A stretch of DNA of 32,000 nucleotides from Trichodesmium erythraeum IMS101 (lineage in GTDB: Bacteria > Cyanobacteriota > Cyanobacteriia > Cyanobacteriales > Microcoleaceae), in NCBI RefSeq assembly GCF_000014265.1, contig NC_008312.1, positions 4,740,001-4,772,000 on the forward strand, given 5' to 3'. Position numbers and translations under genes: made by a program. The notes beneath the pieces were generated by a model. That model did no database searches. It was not told where the DNA came from and saw only the letters and a list, made by a program, of their open reading frames with translations. Numbering within the stretch: the first letter of the stretch is position 1; the number at the start of each line of letters is the position of its first letter. Of the stretch, positions 1 to 9,655 are shown piece by piece.

Positions 1-272
1 TTATCATAGGAAATTATTGGCTGCTGATATCCTCCACGTCGTTTGGCCTCAATTTGTCCAAGAGTAACGATAATGACACAACAAATTTCGTACCATAGAC
101 AAGCTGACCTTAAATCTTTCAGCCAACTGACGTTGAGAGCCTTCTTTTGCTTCCCAAGCTATAATCACGCGACGACGCAAATCACTCGAATACGATACTG
201 GCATTAAATTTAACAATTACATCAAACCCATTTTACCGCACTTTGTGGTTCAATTACCTGAAAAGTGCTGTA
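1..272 (-). mobile_element. IS630-family element, partial copy C (one end only, continues beyond window start)
   Basis: The reverse complement of 1-272 matches 4982-5250 of copy A almost base for base (2 mismatches by eye). The match includes the terminal repeat CAGCACTTTTCAGGTAATTGAACCACAAAGTG and the flanking TA at 271-272. Confidence 0.85.
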
Positions 273-814
273 AACAAATACTCCAGTCGCCAAATACTAA
301 TCATTTTCAGGGAAAAAGGGACTACGCAATATTAAGACTACTTTGGGATAACGCCTTACGCCGGAGTGAAGTAGTAGCCATTGATATAGGAGATATAAGC
401 TTAAGCGATCGTACTATTTGGATAAAAGGTAAAGGTACACAGGATAAAGAACGTATCACCATTAACCATAGAACAGTTGCAGCATTAAAAGATTATTTAT
501 CAATTAGAAAAGGTGGCATAAACGACCTATTATTTATCAGTCTTAGTTCTGCTAATTGGGGTAACAGATTGGCTGATGATACTGTGTACAACTTAGTAAA
601 ACGCACTTGTTCCGAACTAGGAATAGACAAACCCATGTCGCCACATAAAATCAGACATTCTGCCATTACTCATTTTCTAGACAAATCTGATGGAGACATT
701 AGAAAAGTACAACAATATTCTCGTCATAAAAATGTGCAGACAGTTTTAGTCTATGACGACAATAGAAAAGACTATCAAGAACAAATGACTGATCTTATGG
801 GAGAAGATTTTTAG
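273..814 (+). pseudogene. Tyrosine recombinase/integrase, catalytic C-terminal domain only; 5' part removed by IS630 copy C
   Basis: In the ORF-track protein 245-814, the residues after the IS junction carry the catalytic signatures: ALRRSE (Arg), HKIRHSAIT (His-x-x-Arg) and HKNVQTVLVYD (terminal Tyr). The frame upstream of 273 is IS630 terminal-repeat sequence, and there is no N-terminal core-binding domain. Confidence 0.8.
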
Positions 815-925
815 GACTAAAAGTCGTGACAATTTAAAAACTAGAAATAAATTCCGAAACTCTTATCTATTTACTATTACAACCAAACCTATTCTCAAAA
901 AGTGGTAGGATTTTGACATAAATAA

Positions 926-1162
926 AATAGGATTGCTATAGAGTTATTTTCATTTTCTGACTCACCAAAAAGATTAACTCGACCAGAAGCTTGTGGTTTA
1001 AGGCATTTAGCATTAGAAGTAGATAATATTGATGAGTCTGTTGATTATTTGAAATCTCACGGTATAGAAGTAGAAAATATTAGAATTGACGAGATAACTG
1101 GTAAGCGTTTTACTTTTTTTCCAGATCCAGATAAATTACCTTTAGAAATTTATGAAAGTTAA
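926..1162 (+). pseudogene. VOC/glyoxalase-family protein, C-terminal fragment
   Basis: My translation (no ATG, stop at 1160-1162) is NRIAIELFSFSDSPKRLTRPEACGLRHLALEVDNIDESVDYLKSHGIEVENIRIDEITGKRFTFFPDPDKLPLEIYES*. It resembles the C-terminal half of YaeR-like VOC proteins. The N-terminal half is absent. Confidence 0.55.
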
Positions 1163-1370
1163 TACAGCCCTTGACCTTGTTATTTAGATACACCTAGGCT
1201 GGCAAGATGCATGCACGACATGATTTTGATCATAAAGGCTTTAGCCTGATTTTGGTGGTTTAAGCTAAAAAAGTTAGGATTTCGGGCTGACTATGACAGA
1301 AAAGTTAAGGGACAATTCTTATTCAGATCAAAGAAAAATTTGCATAGTTTTTTTTTGGTAGTTGTACTTT

Positions 1371-1502
1371 CTACTCACGAATCTCTAGTTTTGTTGATAG
1401 ATTTGGCCCAATTTGAGGTTCTTTGCCAGCTAAGAGTCGCTCAATATTGCTACTGTGACGCCAAATCACATATATACCACCTGCAATAGCAAATATCTTA
1501 TA
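1371..1502 (-). pseudogene. plsY: plsY (glycerol-3-phosphate acyltransferase) 3' fragment
   Basis: The minus-strand translation YKIFAIAGGIYVIWRHSSNIERLLAGKEPQIGPNLSTKLEIRE* matches the conserved PlsY C-terminus. It joins in frame to 2407-2776 once the IS at 1503-2406 and one TATA copy are removed. Confidence 0.7.
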
Positions 1503-2406
1503 GAAGCCATTTTGGATCTTTCTGAAAGACTATAATGGATAGAAAATGCCATATTCTAGTAGCTTGACAGATGAGGAGTGGGTTATAATTGAACCCCTGT
1601 TACCCAAAAAGAAAAGAACTTTTCCCCCCAAATGGACTAAAAGAGAAATATTGGATGGTGTTCTCTACCAACTTAAGAATGGTTGTAACTGGTGTGATTT
1701 ACCCAAGGATTTACCTCCTTATTCGACGGTATTTTGGCACTACAAACAATGGCGTATTGGAAGGAGTAATTGAGAAGATTAGAGATGTTTTACATTGGGA
1801 TTTCTGCGTCAAAAGGTAAAAAAAAAGCGCTCCGGGACAACTTTAATCATCATTGACTCACTAATCATCAAAAATACTTGTAATGCAAGTACAGAGTCGA
1901 AAGGATTTTTATTACAGAGTACTAATGGAATCAAGTGGCATCTAGCAGTAGATAGCCTCGGTTTTCTTTTTTTTACTCATTTAAGCAATATCAGTCTCTG
2001 ATGATGTGGGATTAATTGAAATGTTGTCTGACAATATTGATTACTTCAAATCTAAACCTGTCAATATTCCTAAAATCACTATTCTTCTCCACAGGACGGA
2101 TATCACCCGGAAAAATTAACGATTGAGTTGAAAAAAATTTATCCAGCGATTATGACCAAGATTCGGTTTAAGCTCTCACCTAAGCCCTCGAAAGCCCTCG
2201 AAGAAGAAGCAGGGACAAAGGGGGGTTTAATCAGATGGGTCATTGAAAGAACTAATTCTTGGATGGAAAGATGTAAGAGTTTAGTCAAAAAAATTGATGG
2301 GAACTCTTGAGAATGCCACCACCAAGATTAATCTTTGTTTTGTTAGACTTATGCTTAAGAGATTGGCGATCGCCTGAACGGCAAAAAAAGATACACTCAG
2401 GGGTTC
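1503..2406 (+). mobile_element. IS5-family (IS427-group-like) element, transposase degenerate
   Basis: ORFs 1546-1773 (MPYSSSLTDEEWVIIEPLLP...NGCNWCDLPKDLPPYSTVFWHYKQWR), 1795-2001 and 2128-2310 (RWVIERTNSWMERCKSLVK), plus my shifted reading to 2377 (GTLENATTKINLCFVRLMLKRLAIA*), are pieces of one transposase broken by several frameshifts. The element is bounded by the 4-bp direct repeat TATA (1499-1502 and 2407-2410) and by imperfect terminal repeats. Confidence 0.75.
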
Positions 2407-2776
2407 TATAAGGAAGTGATTGACCTGTCAAAAACATTAAACCAGAAACAGTAATAGCAGCGATAATAGAACTCAAAGAAACAATACGACTAATCATCAG
2501 AACAACAATAAATACAGAAAGTGTTCCTAAACCAACAACCCAAGACATTGCTAACAAAATACCCAGACTAGAAGCAACAGGCTTGCCACCCTTAAAACCA
2601 ATCCAAATAGATTTAGTATGACCTACTATAGCAATTAATCCTGTTAAAATAACCATCCATTCTTTTGCTATATTAATGTCAGTTACTCCAGCAACAATAG
2701 TTAGGTTTTGGTCAAACACTAGAGAGTAAATATAGCGAACCAAAGCGATCGCTAATACCCCCTTGAAAATATCAAT
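2407..2776 (-). pseudogene. plsY: plsY central fragment (about residues 60-185 of a typical PlsY)
   Basis: Part of ORF 2285-2875 reads IDIFKGVLAIALV...IVGHTKSIWIGFKGGKPVASSLGILLAMSW...ISRIVSLSSIIAAI...QSLPY, which matches the PlsY core. The flanking parts of that ORF are IS or repeat sequence. The N-terminal ~50 aa are missing. Confidence 0.7.
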
Positions 2777-2809
2777 ATAGCAATGAGCGCTGGCATCTTT
2801 ACATACTAC
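2774..2809. repeat. Left copy of a 33-36 bp perfect inverted repeat (partner at 7361-7396)
   Basis: ATAGCAATGAGCGCTGGCATCTTTACATACTAC (2777-2809) is the exact reverse complement of 7361-7393. The match extends 3 more bases outward at each copy. Confidence 0.9.
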
Positions 2810-2923
2810 CAATGTCTTTATGTGTAGTATACATCCTGCTACATGACTGACATTTTTTCTATGCGATCGTGACAACGGAACGGAGGCGCAATCGCACTAC
2901 CTTAAAGTTTTATGCCATGCCTG

Positions 2924-4004
2924 GGCTTTGTTGTATAAAGATAGAAAATATGGTAACAATAAGCGTGTGGCACAAGAAACCTATAGTAAGGGTAGAGATG
3001 AGTAAGTCCAAGTCCAAGTCTAAGTACCTCTTCAGCAACTGGTCGTAGGTCTGATGCGTCCCTAAGACAGAGAGGGAGCCTCACATTTTGGTTGAATGAT
3101 GAAGTCATAGAGCAGTGAGTAAATCAACAAAAAACTGGACGTAGGGGAGCATCAAATACCTATAGCAATACGGCCATTGAATTTATGGTCACTATACAAT
3201 CATTGTTTGGTCTGGCCGGACGACAGACTGAAGGTTTTGTCGAATCTATATTTCAATTGATGGACTTAGATTTACCAGTACCAGACCATAGCACTGTATC
3301 CCGTCGCTTGCTCAAACTGAATATCCAACTGCCAGTTATACCAACTAATGAAACTATTCCGTACAGTAGTAGACTCTACAGGGGTGAAAGTTTACGGAGA
3401 AGGTGAATGGAAAACAAAAGTTCATGGTGTCAGTAAACGGCGTACATGGGGTAAATTACACCTAGGAGTAAATGAGGCTACAGGAGAGATTGTCAGTGGA
3501 GTAGTGACTACCAATGATGTCAGTGATTCACAAGCATTTTCTGAACTTGAGAAATGGAGTAGATGGGGAAATAGCCCAAGTATCAGGAGATGGAGCAGAG
3601 CACAAGTATAAATGTTACCAGAAAGCTAACCAACTAGGAGCAAAAGTAACAATTCCACCCAGGAAAAATGCAGTAATAGGTCAACACGGCAACTGCAAAT
3701 GCCCACCTCATCCCAGAGATGAAAACCTCAGAAGAATCAGAAAGGTAGGACGCCAAAAATGGAAGCATGAAAGTGGTTACCATCGGCGTTCTCTATCAGA
3801 AACCACAATGTTTAGACTCAAAGTGAGCTTTGGAGGTCAGTTACGACGAGGAAAATTCGAAAGCCCAAGCAGTAGAGTTGTTCATACAATGTGCCATGCT
3901 GAACCGTATGATTCAAACAGGTAAACCCAAAAGTCACAAAGTGAAAATCTAGTTAACTTCCTGATGGAAGTTTTTGGCGATTACTACTTTCATGCAACAA
4001 AGCC
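2924..4004 (+). mobile_element. IS903-group (IS5 family) element, copy A, transposase decayed
   Basis: The terminal repeats GGCTTTGTTG... (2924) and ...CAACAAAGCC (4004) are of the IS903 type. A perfect 9-bp target duplication CCATGCCTG sits at 2915-2923 and 4005-4013. The ORF pieces 3185-3406, 3348-3611 and 3514-3924 (VDSTGVKVYGEGEWK, SGDGA, RRSLSETTMFRLK) are IS903-like but interrupted by stops and frameshifts. Confidence 0.85.
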
Positions 4005-4217
4005 CCATGCCTGAAAAAATAATGTGACATAAGGATGTCAGAAAATCCTTGCCAGGCAATAATTATAGCATGGCAGCTCGGATTAAAATTTGGTATTATA
4101 GACTCCCGCGTTGCACTTTGATTTAACTGACAACAAAAGAATCACAGTGTTATGGGAGTGTATTCGCGAAGCCTCTCGAGTGAGAGAATCGCCTCAAAGA
4201 GCAACTATATTCTATAT

Positions 4218-6275
4218 TAGAGTTGTTTGGAAATAAGGTAAAATAATTTCAGAAAAAATTTGCTATAAAAATGCTAAATATTGAACGAGCCTTAAAACAA
4301 GACAGATTACTCAGAGCATTAACACCCATTAAACCGTAAAGCATTTGAATCTTTCTTGGAGTCCTTTGGGCAAATGTATGAGCAAACATTGCACTCGCTC
4401 ACCTCGTCAACGCTCTGTTGGAGGAGGTCTTTTGGCTCGTTTACGCACTCTACAAGACAAATTGTTTGACATTCTCTTCTACTTTAAATGTTACCCGACT
4501 TTTGACTTAGCTGGTATCTTGTTTGATATCGACCGTAGTCAAGCACATTATTGGGTTCATCGCTTACAAACTATGTTAGAAGCAGCCTTGGGAGAAAAAA
4601 AGGCGCGATGCATTGCGTCAAATTAACAGTGTCCAAGGATTCATAGAGCGTTTCCCTCGAGTAGAACGAGTGATAATGGATGGCACAGAACGGCCAGTAC
4701 AAAGACCAACTCACTCTGAAAAACCAAAACTGAATTATTCAGGAAAAAAAAAGCGTCACACTCGCAAACATCTAGTAGCAGTTAATCAAAACAAGAAAGT
4801 GCTGGTATTGAGTCAGGCACGAGAAGGAAAGCTGCATGAAGTCGAAGTTCCATGACCAGGAAAAATTGATAGGAAATATACCTCTAGAGATTCCGATAGA
4901 AGTAGACAGTGGTTTCCAAGGTCTCCACGCATCAGTATGAAAATATCCGAATCCCCCATAAAAAACCAAAAGGGGGAGAGTTACAGCACTTTTCAGGTAA
5001 TTGAACCACAAAGTGCGGTAAAATGGGTTTGATGTAATTGTTAAATTTAATGCCAGTATCGTATTCGAGTGATTTGCGTCGTCGCGTGATTATAGCTTGG
5101 GAAGCAAAAGAAGGCTCTCAACGTCAGTTGGCTGAAAGATTTAAGGTCAGCTTGTCTATGGTACGAAATTTGTTGCGTCATTATCGTCACTCTTGGACAA
5201 ATTGAGGCCAAACGACGTGGAGGATATCAGCAGCCAATAATTTCCTATGATAATCTCAACATCATCAAATCTCTGGTAGAGGAGAAAAATGACTTATTGC
5301 TGAGAGAATTATGCGCTCGCTATCAAGAAACAACAGGAATTAGGGTGAGTATCTCCACCATGCATCGCGCCGTAGAAAAATTAGGCTTACGGTGCAAAAA
5401 AAAAGTCTTTATGCCAGTGAGCAAGATACCCCAAGAGTCCAAGAGTTAAGACATGACTATCGACGTTGGTTAGATAAAATTGATGTCAGAAATTTAGTAT
5501 TTGTTGATGAAGCCCGAATAAATTTGTCAATGTCTCGTTTATTCGCCAGAGCCGTAGATGGGGAACGAGCTGTTGGTAGTATCCCAGGTAGCAAGGGTGG
5601 AAATGTTTCTTTGATTGGTGCTTTGAACCTGGATGGACTGATTGCGTCGATGACTGTACCAGGAAGTACAAATACTGAGGTATTTATCACTTTATTAAAC
5701 CCAGGTCTTACTACCTCAGTTGTGGCAAGGGGCAATCGTGGTAATGGATAATCTCAAGGTTCATCATGCTGAACGTGTCAGAGTTGCCATTGAGTCCGTC
5801 GGTGCTCAAGTCAAGTTTTGGCCCCCTTACTCTCCTGATTTATCACAAGTGTGAGCTTTGTTGGTCGAAACTGAAGCAATTTCTCCGTTCTTGTGAGGCA
5901 CGTACCCATGAATCACTGGAGCAAGCAATGGCTGAAGTTGTAAATTTCATTACTGAAGATGATGCCTTCGGTTGGTTCAACCACTGTGGTCTATTTACCT
6001 GAAAATTGCTGTAAGTGAGCAACAAAAACAGATTTTCGGAAATTGAGTCAATCAAGGGTAGTCTGTGAAAACGCCTTGGCGGGCGTCAAGCGTTATGGAG
6101 CTGTCAGTCAGATTTATCGTAATCACAAGTATGATTTTGATGACAAATTAATGCTAACAGCAACTGGTGAGTGGAACTTATATCTGATGACAGCATAAGT
6201 AGTCAAATTACTAGGGAAATATGTCAAGTTTTCGTTTGAGTTTTTTCTCTCCTAAGTTATTTCCCAACAACTCTA
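4218..6275 (+). mobile_element. Harbinger/PIF-like (DDE_Tnp_4-type) IS, copy A, degenerate and interrupted by IS630 copy A
   Basis: Imperfect terminal repeats are TAGAGTTGTTTGGAAATAA (4218) and TTATTTCCCAACAACTCTA (ending 6275). ORFs 4345-4626 and 4613-4855 (NYSGKKKRHTRKHLVAVNQNKKVLVLSQAREGKLH) and the frame after 6014 (the counterpart in copy B reads RVACENAFAGVKRYGVVSQIYRN) fit this transposase type. Confidence 0.65.
4982..6013 (+). mobile_element. IS630-family element, copy A (1028-bp core plus flanking TA-TA)
   Basis: Terminal inverted repeats are CAGCACTTTTCAGGTAATTGAACCAC... and ...GTGGTCTATTTACCTGAAAATTGCTG, with TA at 4982-4983 and 6012-6013. The transposase pieces (MPVSYSSDLRRRVI..., KKKSLYASEQD..VFVDEARIN, VVMDNLKVHHAE, PPYSPDL, ELCWSKLKQFLR) sit in four different frames. 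Confidence 0.9.
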
Positions 6276-6299
6276 TTAATAATTGATATCTTTCACCAC

Positions 6300-7210
6300 T
6301 ACGGAAAAACTTGAGGATTTTCTATAAAAGCTGCATCCACACAGTCTCTAAAATGATCAAATTTCTTCAGTATTTGTTTGCAGATCGTTTTTTAACACAA
6401 ACCACCAACGTTCTATCTTATTAAAATCTGGTGAGTATGGTGGTAAATACCAGATTTCACACCTTTGCTTGGCCACTAATTCTTCAATATAAACTGATTT
6501 ATGAAACGTTGCGTTATCCAATATAATCACTTGCCCTGGTTGTAATTTTGGTATGGGAACAATTTTCCAACCAGTTCTCAAACAAGTCACGATTACAACT
6601 TCCTGTAAATGTTAAAGGAGCAAACATTTTTGATTGATTTATAGCTGCAATCCAACTAACTCTCTCAGTTCTTTTTTCGGACTTCATGCCTGGTACTATG
6701 AATGCCTTTAAATCCATAACCATAAGGATAATCTTCTCTATTATCTATTCCGGCTTCATCTACATAAACAATATCTTTTTTGTCTATTTGATTCAGTTTT
6801 CAGGCCAACTTTTCTCTTTCTATTTCGTCTCTTTCTTGATAACCATATGTTTTTTTTTACGAGTAAACCCAAGTTTTTTTAAACTTCTACTAATAGTAAA
6901 ACGACTACAATTTCCCCATTTTGCAGCCATTTGTTTTTGAGTTTGCTCACTTAGTGTCCTCAACAAACTTTTCAAATTCTTCCCAGTTTTTAATTTTAGA
7001 TGTCTGAGGGGGAGGTATATTGGCTGATTGAGTTGTTGAACCTGTGGTTAAATATATCTCTCGCCATTGATGAAGAGTAGGCCGACTTATATTAATAAAC
7101 GACTCATAAGACTGATAGACATACCATTTAAGGTGGAGGTCAAGAGCTCGCATGTCGCAAATCTTGACTGTAAGGATATACCTAAGCACTCAAACAATAG
7201 ATTGAAGATA
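6300..7210 (-). mobile_element. Second, unrelated IS630-family element, degenerate (ends approximate)
   Basis: The minus ORFs are 6947-7189 (HTH-like N-terminus), 6514-6723 and 6357-6590 (QPGQVIILDNATFHKS...WYLPPYSPDFNKIERWWFVLKN). The intervening frame carries DEAGIDNREDYPYGYG. There are several frame breaks, and I could not identify the terminal repeats. Confidence 0.6.
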
Positions 7211-7309
7211 GAAATATCTTAAAGCTATCAACTCACTCATTGTCAATACCATTACACGCATCCTTAAAACTTTAACGTTTAGCGATCGCCTAATTTATGA
7301 AAAATGCAG

Positions 7310-7339
7310 GTCATACTGCAAGTCATACTGCAAGTCATA
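7310..7339. repeat. Tandem 12-mer GTCATACTGCAA x2.5
   Basis: Read directly: GTCATACTGCAA GTCATACTGCAA GTCATA. Confidence 0.85.
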
Positions 7340-7360
7340 TATTACATTGTAGCTATTTAT

Positions 7361-7396
7361 GTAGTATGTAAAGATGCCAGCGCTCATTGCTATATT
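7361..7396. repeat. Right copy of the 33-36 bp perfect inverted repeat (partner at 2774-2809)
   Basis: GTAGTATGTAAAGATGCCAGCGCTCATTGCTAT is the exact reverse complement of 2777-2809. Confidence 0.9.
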
Positions 7397-7733
7397 TTTG
7401 AGAACAGGTTTGTCCAAAGCCTTTGTCCCAAGTCTTGCCCTTGTGATGAGTAAAATTAAAGTCACTGGTGTCTTGTATCCCTAGGATTACATCCTCCTGT
7501 GAAGCTCTTTGTGCTGTTGAGCGTCGATGACCATCAATTATATCCTCACTGCTAAACCTTTCTGAATTCCAGAAATAATAAGTGGCTTTGGTATTCGCCC
7601 AATCACCACTTGCTTGAGGGACACTTGCCTCAGGTTGCGCACTTGCTTGTTCCACAATTTTTATCAATCTTTGGTTTAATCGTTTGTCCGGTAAATTAGT
7701 GTATTTTAGTTCTTCTGCTGCCCATGATTGCAT
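7394..7733 (-). pseudogene. IS4-family (Tn5/IS50-like) transposase, N-terminal fragment only
   Basis: ORF 7353-7733 begins MQSWAAEELKYTNLPDKRLNQRLIKIVEQ...PQASGDWANTKATYYFW...ILGIQDTSDFNF, a typical Tn5-type N-terminus. Homology stops where the 33-bp repeat begins. Confidence 0.6.
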
Positions 7734-7967
7734 GATTTTTCTCGTTTAAATTCACTTTTATAGAATACAATCATAGTAGGTATTTCAGCACTTATGGGTA
7801 AGGCATAGATTTAATACTAACCAATTAATCATTAACTTATTCCTTTAAAAATTAGTATAGCGCTACACGTAAGTCAAAAGTCATCTATTCAAAAGTAATT
7901 TCTGAGTGAGTTTTTCCTCAGGAAATGCTCTACAGACTGGAAAAAGCGAAAAATTGGGTTTAAAGCT

Positions 7968-7990
7968 TCGCCCTTCTAGGGCGACTTTTT
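7968..7990 (+). terminator. Orphan rho-independent terminator-like hairpin
   Basis: A GC-rich 6-bp stem TCGCCC/GGGCGA with loop TTCTA is followed by CTTTTT and a further T8 run. No intact upstream gene remains. Confidence 0.35.
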
Positions 7991-8499
7991 AGCTGATTTT
8001 TTTTCACAGGCTATGTTATCATGCTTTTTAGTTCACAAGAAATATATTAGTCGCGGGTGGGCAATCCGAGACAAAAAAACGGACATTGAGGCCAGCATAA
8101 GACTACTCAGGACTTACGCAGGTACGCTATATATAGCATACTGTCAACATGAAATTGTCCATACTATAATTAGTTTTTTTTTGATAGATATTACTTTATA
8201 ATATACCTTTAAATAAAGTTACGAAATGTTAAATTGACTTGCTAAAAATCTTTAATAATTAGATGATAATGACATGATTATATTAGTTAAAAATATGAAT
8301 TTTAATTTTGTTGTAACTCATCAATATTTACTTAAATCTCACACAAATTTTACAATAACGCTACGCCACAAATCATCTGGAGAATATTAGCCATGATACA
8401 ATAAATAGCTATTTAAGATATTAGTCTTTAAACTCAGAAGATTTATGGCGAAATGTTAAAGAAGAATTTGTTTCAGATACAGAAGCTTATTTAATTTTT

Positions 8500-9447
8500 G
8501 GTATTCCTGTATATGTAGTGATAAAATTACAGTGAAGCGATCGCTTCACTGTAATGATTAATGAAATACCAAATATCTCCTAGATGGGGCCGAAGCTTTT
8601 TAGAAAAGGATAAAGTCTTTCTGACCAACCGAGAAATTCTTTGACGCAAAGTATTATTTAATCTTTCTATATAAGCTGTTAAACCTGAATATTCCCCACT
8701 GATTTATGTCTCTCTTCAGGAAAGACAAGCTCGTAAGCTGACCAAAAATCTGTATAACAAACTGCACACGGCCTTAAGACACCGTGGGTTAGAATTCCAT
8801 AATCTATGCTGCCCCTTTTTCTCCTCTTTCCCCTAAGTAAAAACCCACAATTTCTTGAGTTTCTATATCAATCGCTAACCACAGCCATTGTTTATTATTT
8901 TTATTGCCTACAAATGACCACATTTCATCACATTGAATGGTGAGTTTACCGGTTTTTTTTAGTACATTTAATAGAGCGTAAAACCTCAGCATACTTATTA
9001 TTGACGTAATTCTGGAGCCATTTTTATGACACACCTGTTGCACGGATTATACCAGCTAAACTAATTTTTTCTCTATTTTAATTTATCAATAAGTTCTTTG
9101 GTTTCATTACTAATATAATCTCTCTGACAATTTTGACATTGATATTTTTGTTTTTTGTTGTGAATAGTCCCATTTTTGACAATATGATTACTGCCACAAC
9201 TAGGACAGATTAATGTATGAATGGACATCTGAATTATATAGATTTTTTCTTATTACTGTTATAGATAATAGCATACTTTTTTCATGATAGTTGAGCTTCA
9301 TCCCTGATAGTTTGATGACTGATTATTATGTAGCAATCGCCCAGATAAAAATTTTGAATTATTAAGCATAAAAAACTTAATGTTTTCAAGATTAATGTCA
9401 ATAAATAATCATTTATATTGGCTTATCACTACATATACAGGACCACC
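8500..9447 (-). mobile_element. IS1-family element, degenerate
   Basis: Terminal inverted repeats are GGTATTCCTGTATATGTAGTGATAA and TTATCACTACATATACAGGACCACC. The 8-bp target duplication TAATTTTT lies at 8492-8499 and 9448-9455. On the minus strand there is an InsA-like Zn finger (MSIHTLICPSCGSNHIVKNG..YQCQNCQR) and an InsB-like core (ORF 8804-9043, CDEMWSFVGNKNNKQWLWLAIDIETQEIVG). An in-frame TAA interrupts GVS*KWLQNYVN, and there are further frame breaks. Confidence 0.8.
8526..8555. repeat. 30-bp perfect palindrome centred on a HIP1 site
   Basis: ATTACAGTGAAGCGATCGCTTCACTGTAAT is read directly and lies inside the IS1 remnant. Confidence 0.9.
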
Positions 9448-9655
9448 TAATTTTTGATGACACAGTAATTAATAAAAAGTATGGATATAATATTGAACTT
9501 ACACGACGACAATATAGTGGTAATGAACATCAAGTTGTTCGTGGTATAGAAATAGTTAATTATCACAACCTATTTAGGATTGCTATAGGTCATGAAAAAT
9601 AAGAAAAAATAATTTGTTCCCTAGTTTCTAGCATTGCTATACACCAATACTTAAT

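Larger units (their letters stand above)
8425..9602 (+). pseudogene. DDE transposase remnant (family not assigned), split by the IS1 element
   Basis: After removing 8500-9455, the frame reads ...DLWRNVKEEFVSDTEAYLIFDDTVINKKYGYNIELTRRQYSGNEHQVVRGIEIVNYHN.... The LIFDDT...RRQYSGN pattern is transposase-like. The remnant is truncated at both ends. Confidence 0.4.

Noticed and set aside
2902-3108. 68-aa minus ORF
   Set aside because: It is antisense to the 5' end of the IS903-like transposase.
4772-5011. ORFs reading across IS junctions (4772-5011, 12260-12568, 12279-12482, 11084-11299 in part, 245-272)
   Set aside because: Where they cross junctions, they fuse terminal-repeat sequence of one element to fragments of another. 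They are remnants or chimeras, not genes.
6686-6940. 84-aa low-complexity Phe/Ile-rich ORF
   Set aside because: It is antisense to the degenerate IS630-type transposase, and its composition is an artefact of AT-rich sequence.
2774-7396. Treating the inverted-repeat-bounded 4.6-kb block as one intact composite transposon
   Set aside because: The flanks are unrelated (plsY fragment versus Tn5-like transposase fragment). No target duplication is visible, and no functional transposase lies inside.
8013-8201. 62-aa ORF in AT-rich intergenic debris
   Set aside because: It has no ribosome-binding context and no motifs. It spans a Nostoc-type repeat (ACTCAGGACTTACGCA) and is likely spurious.
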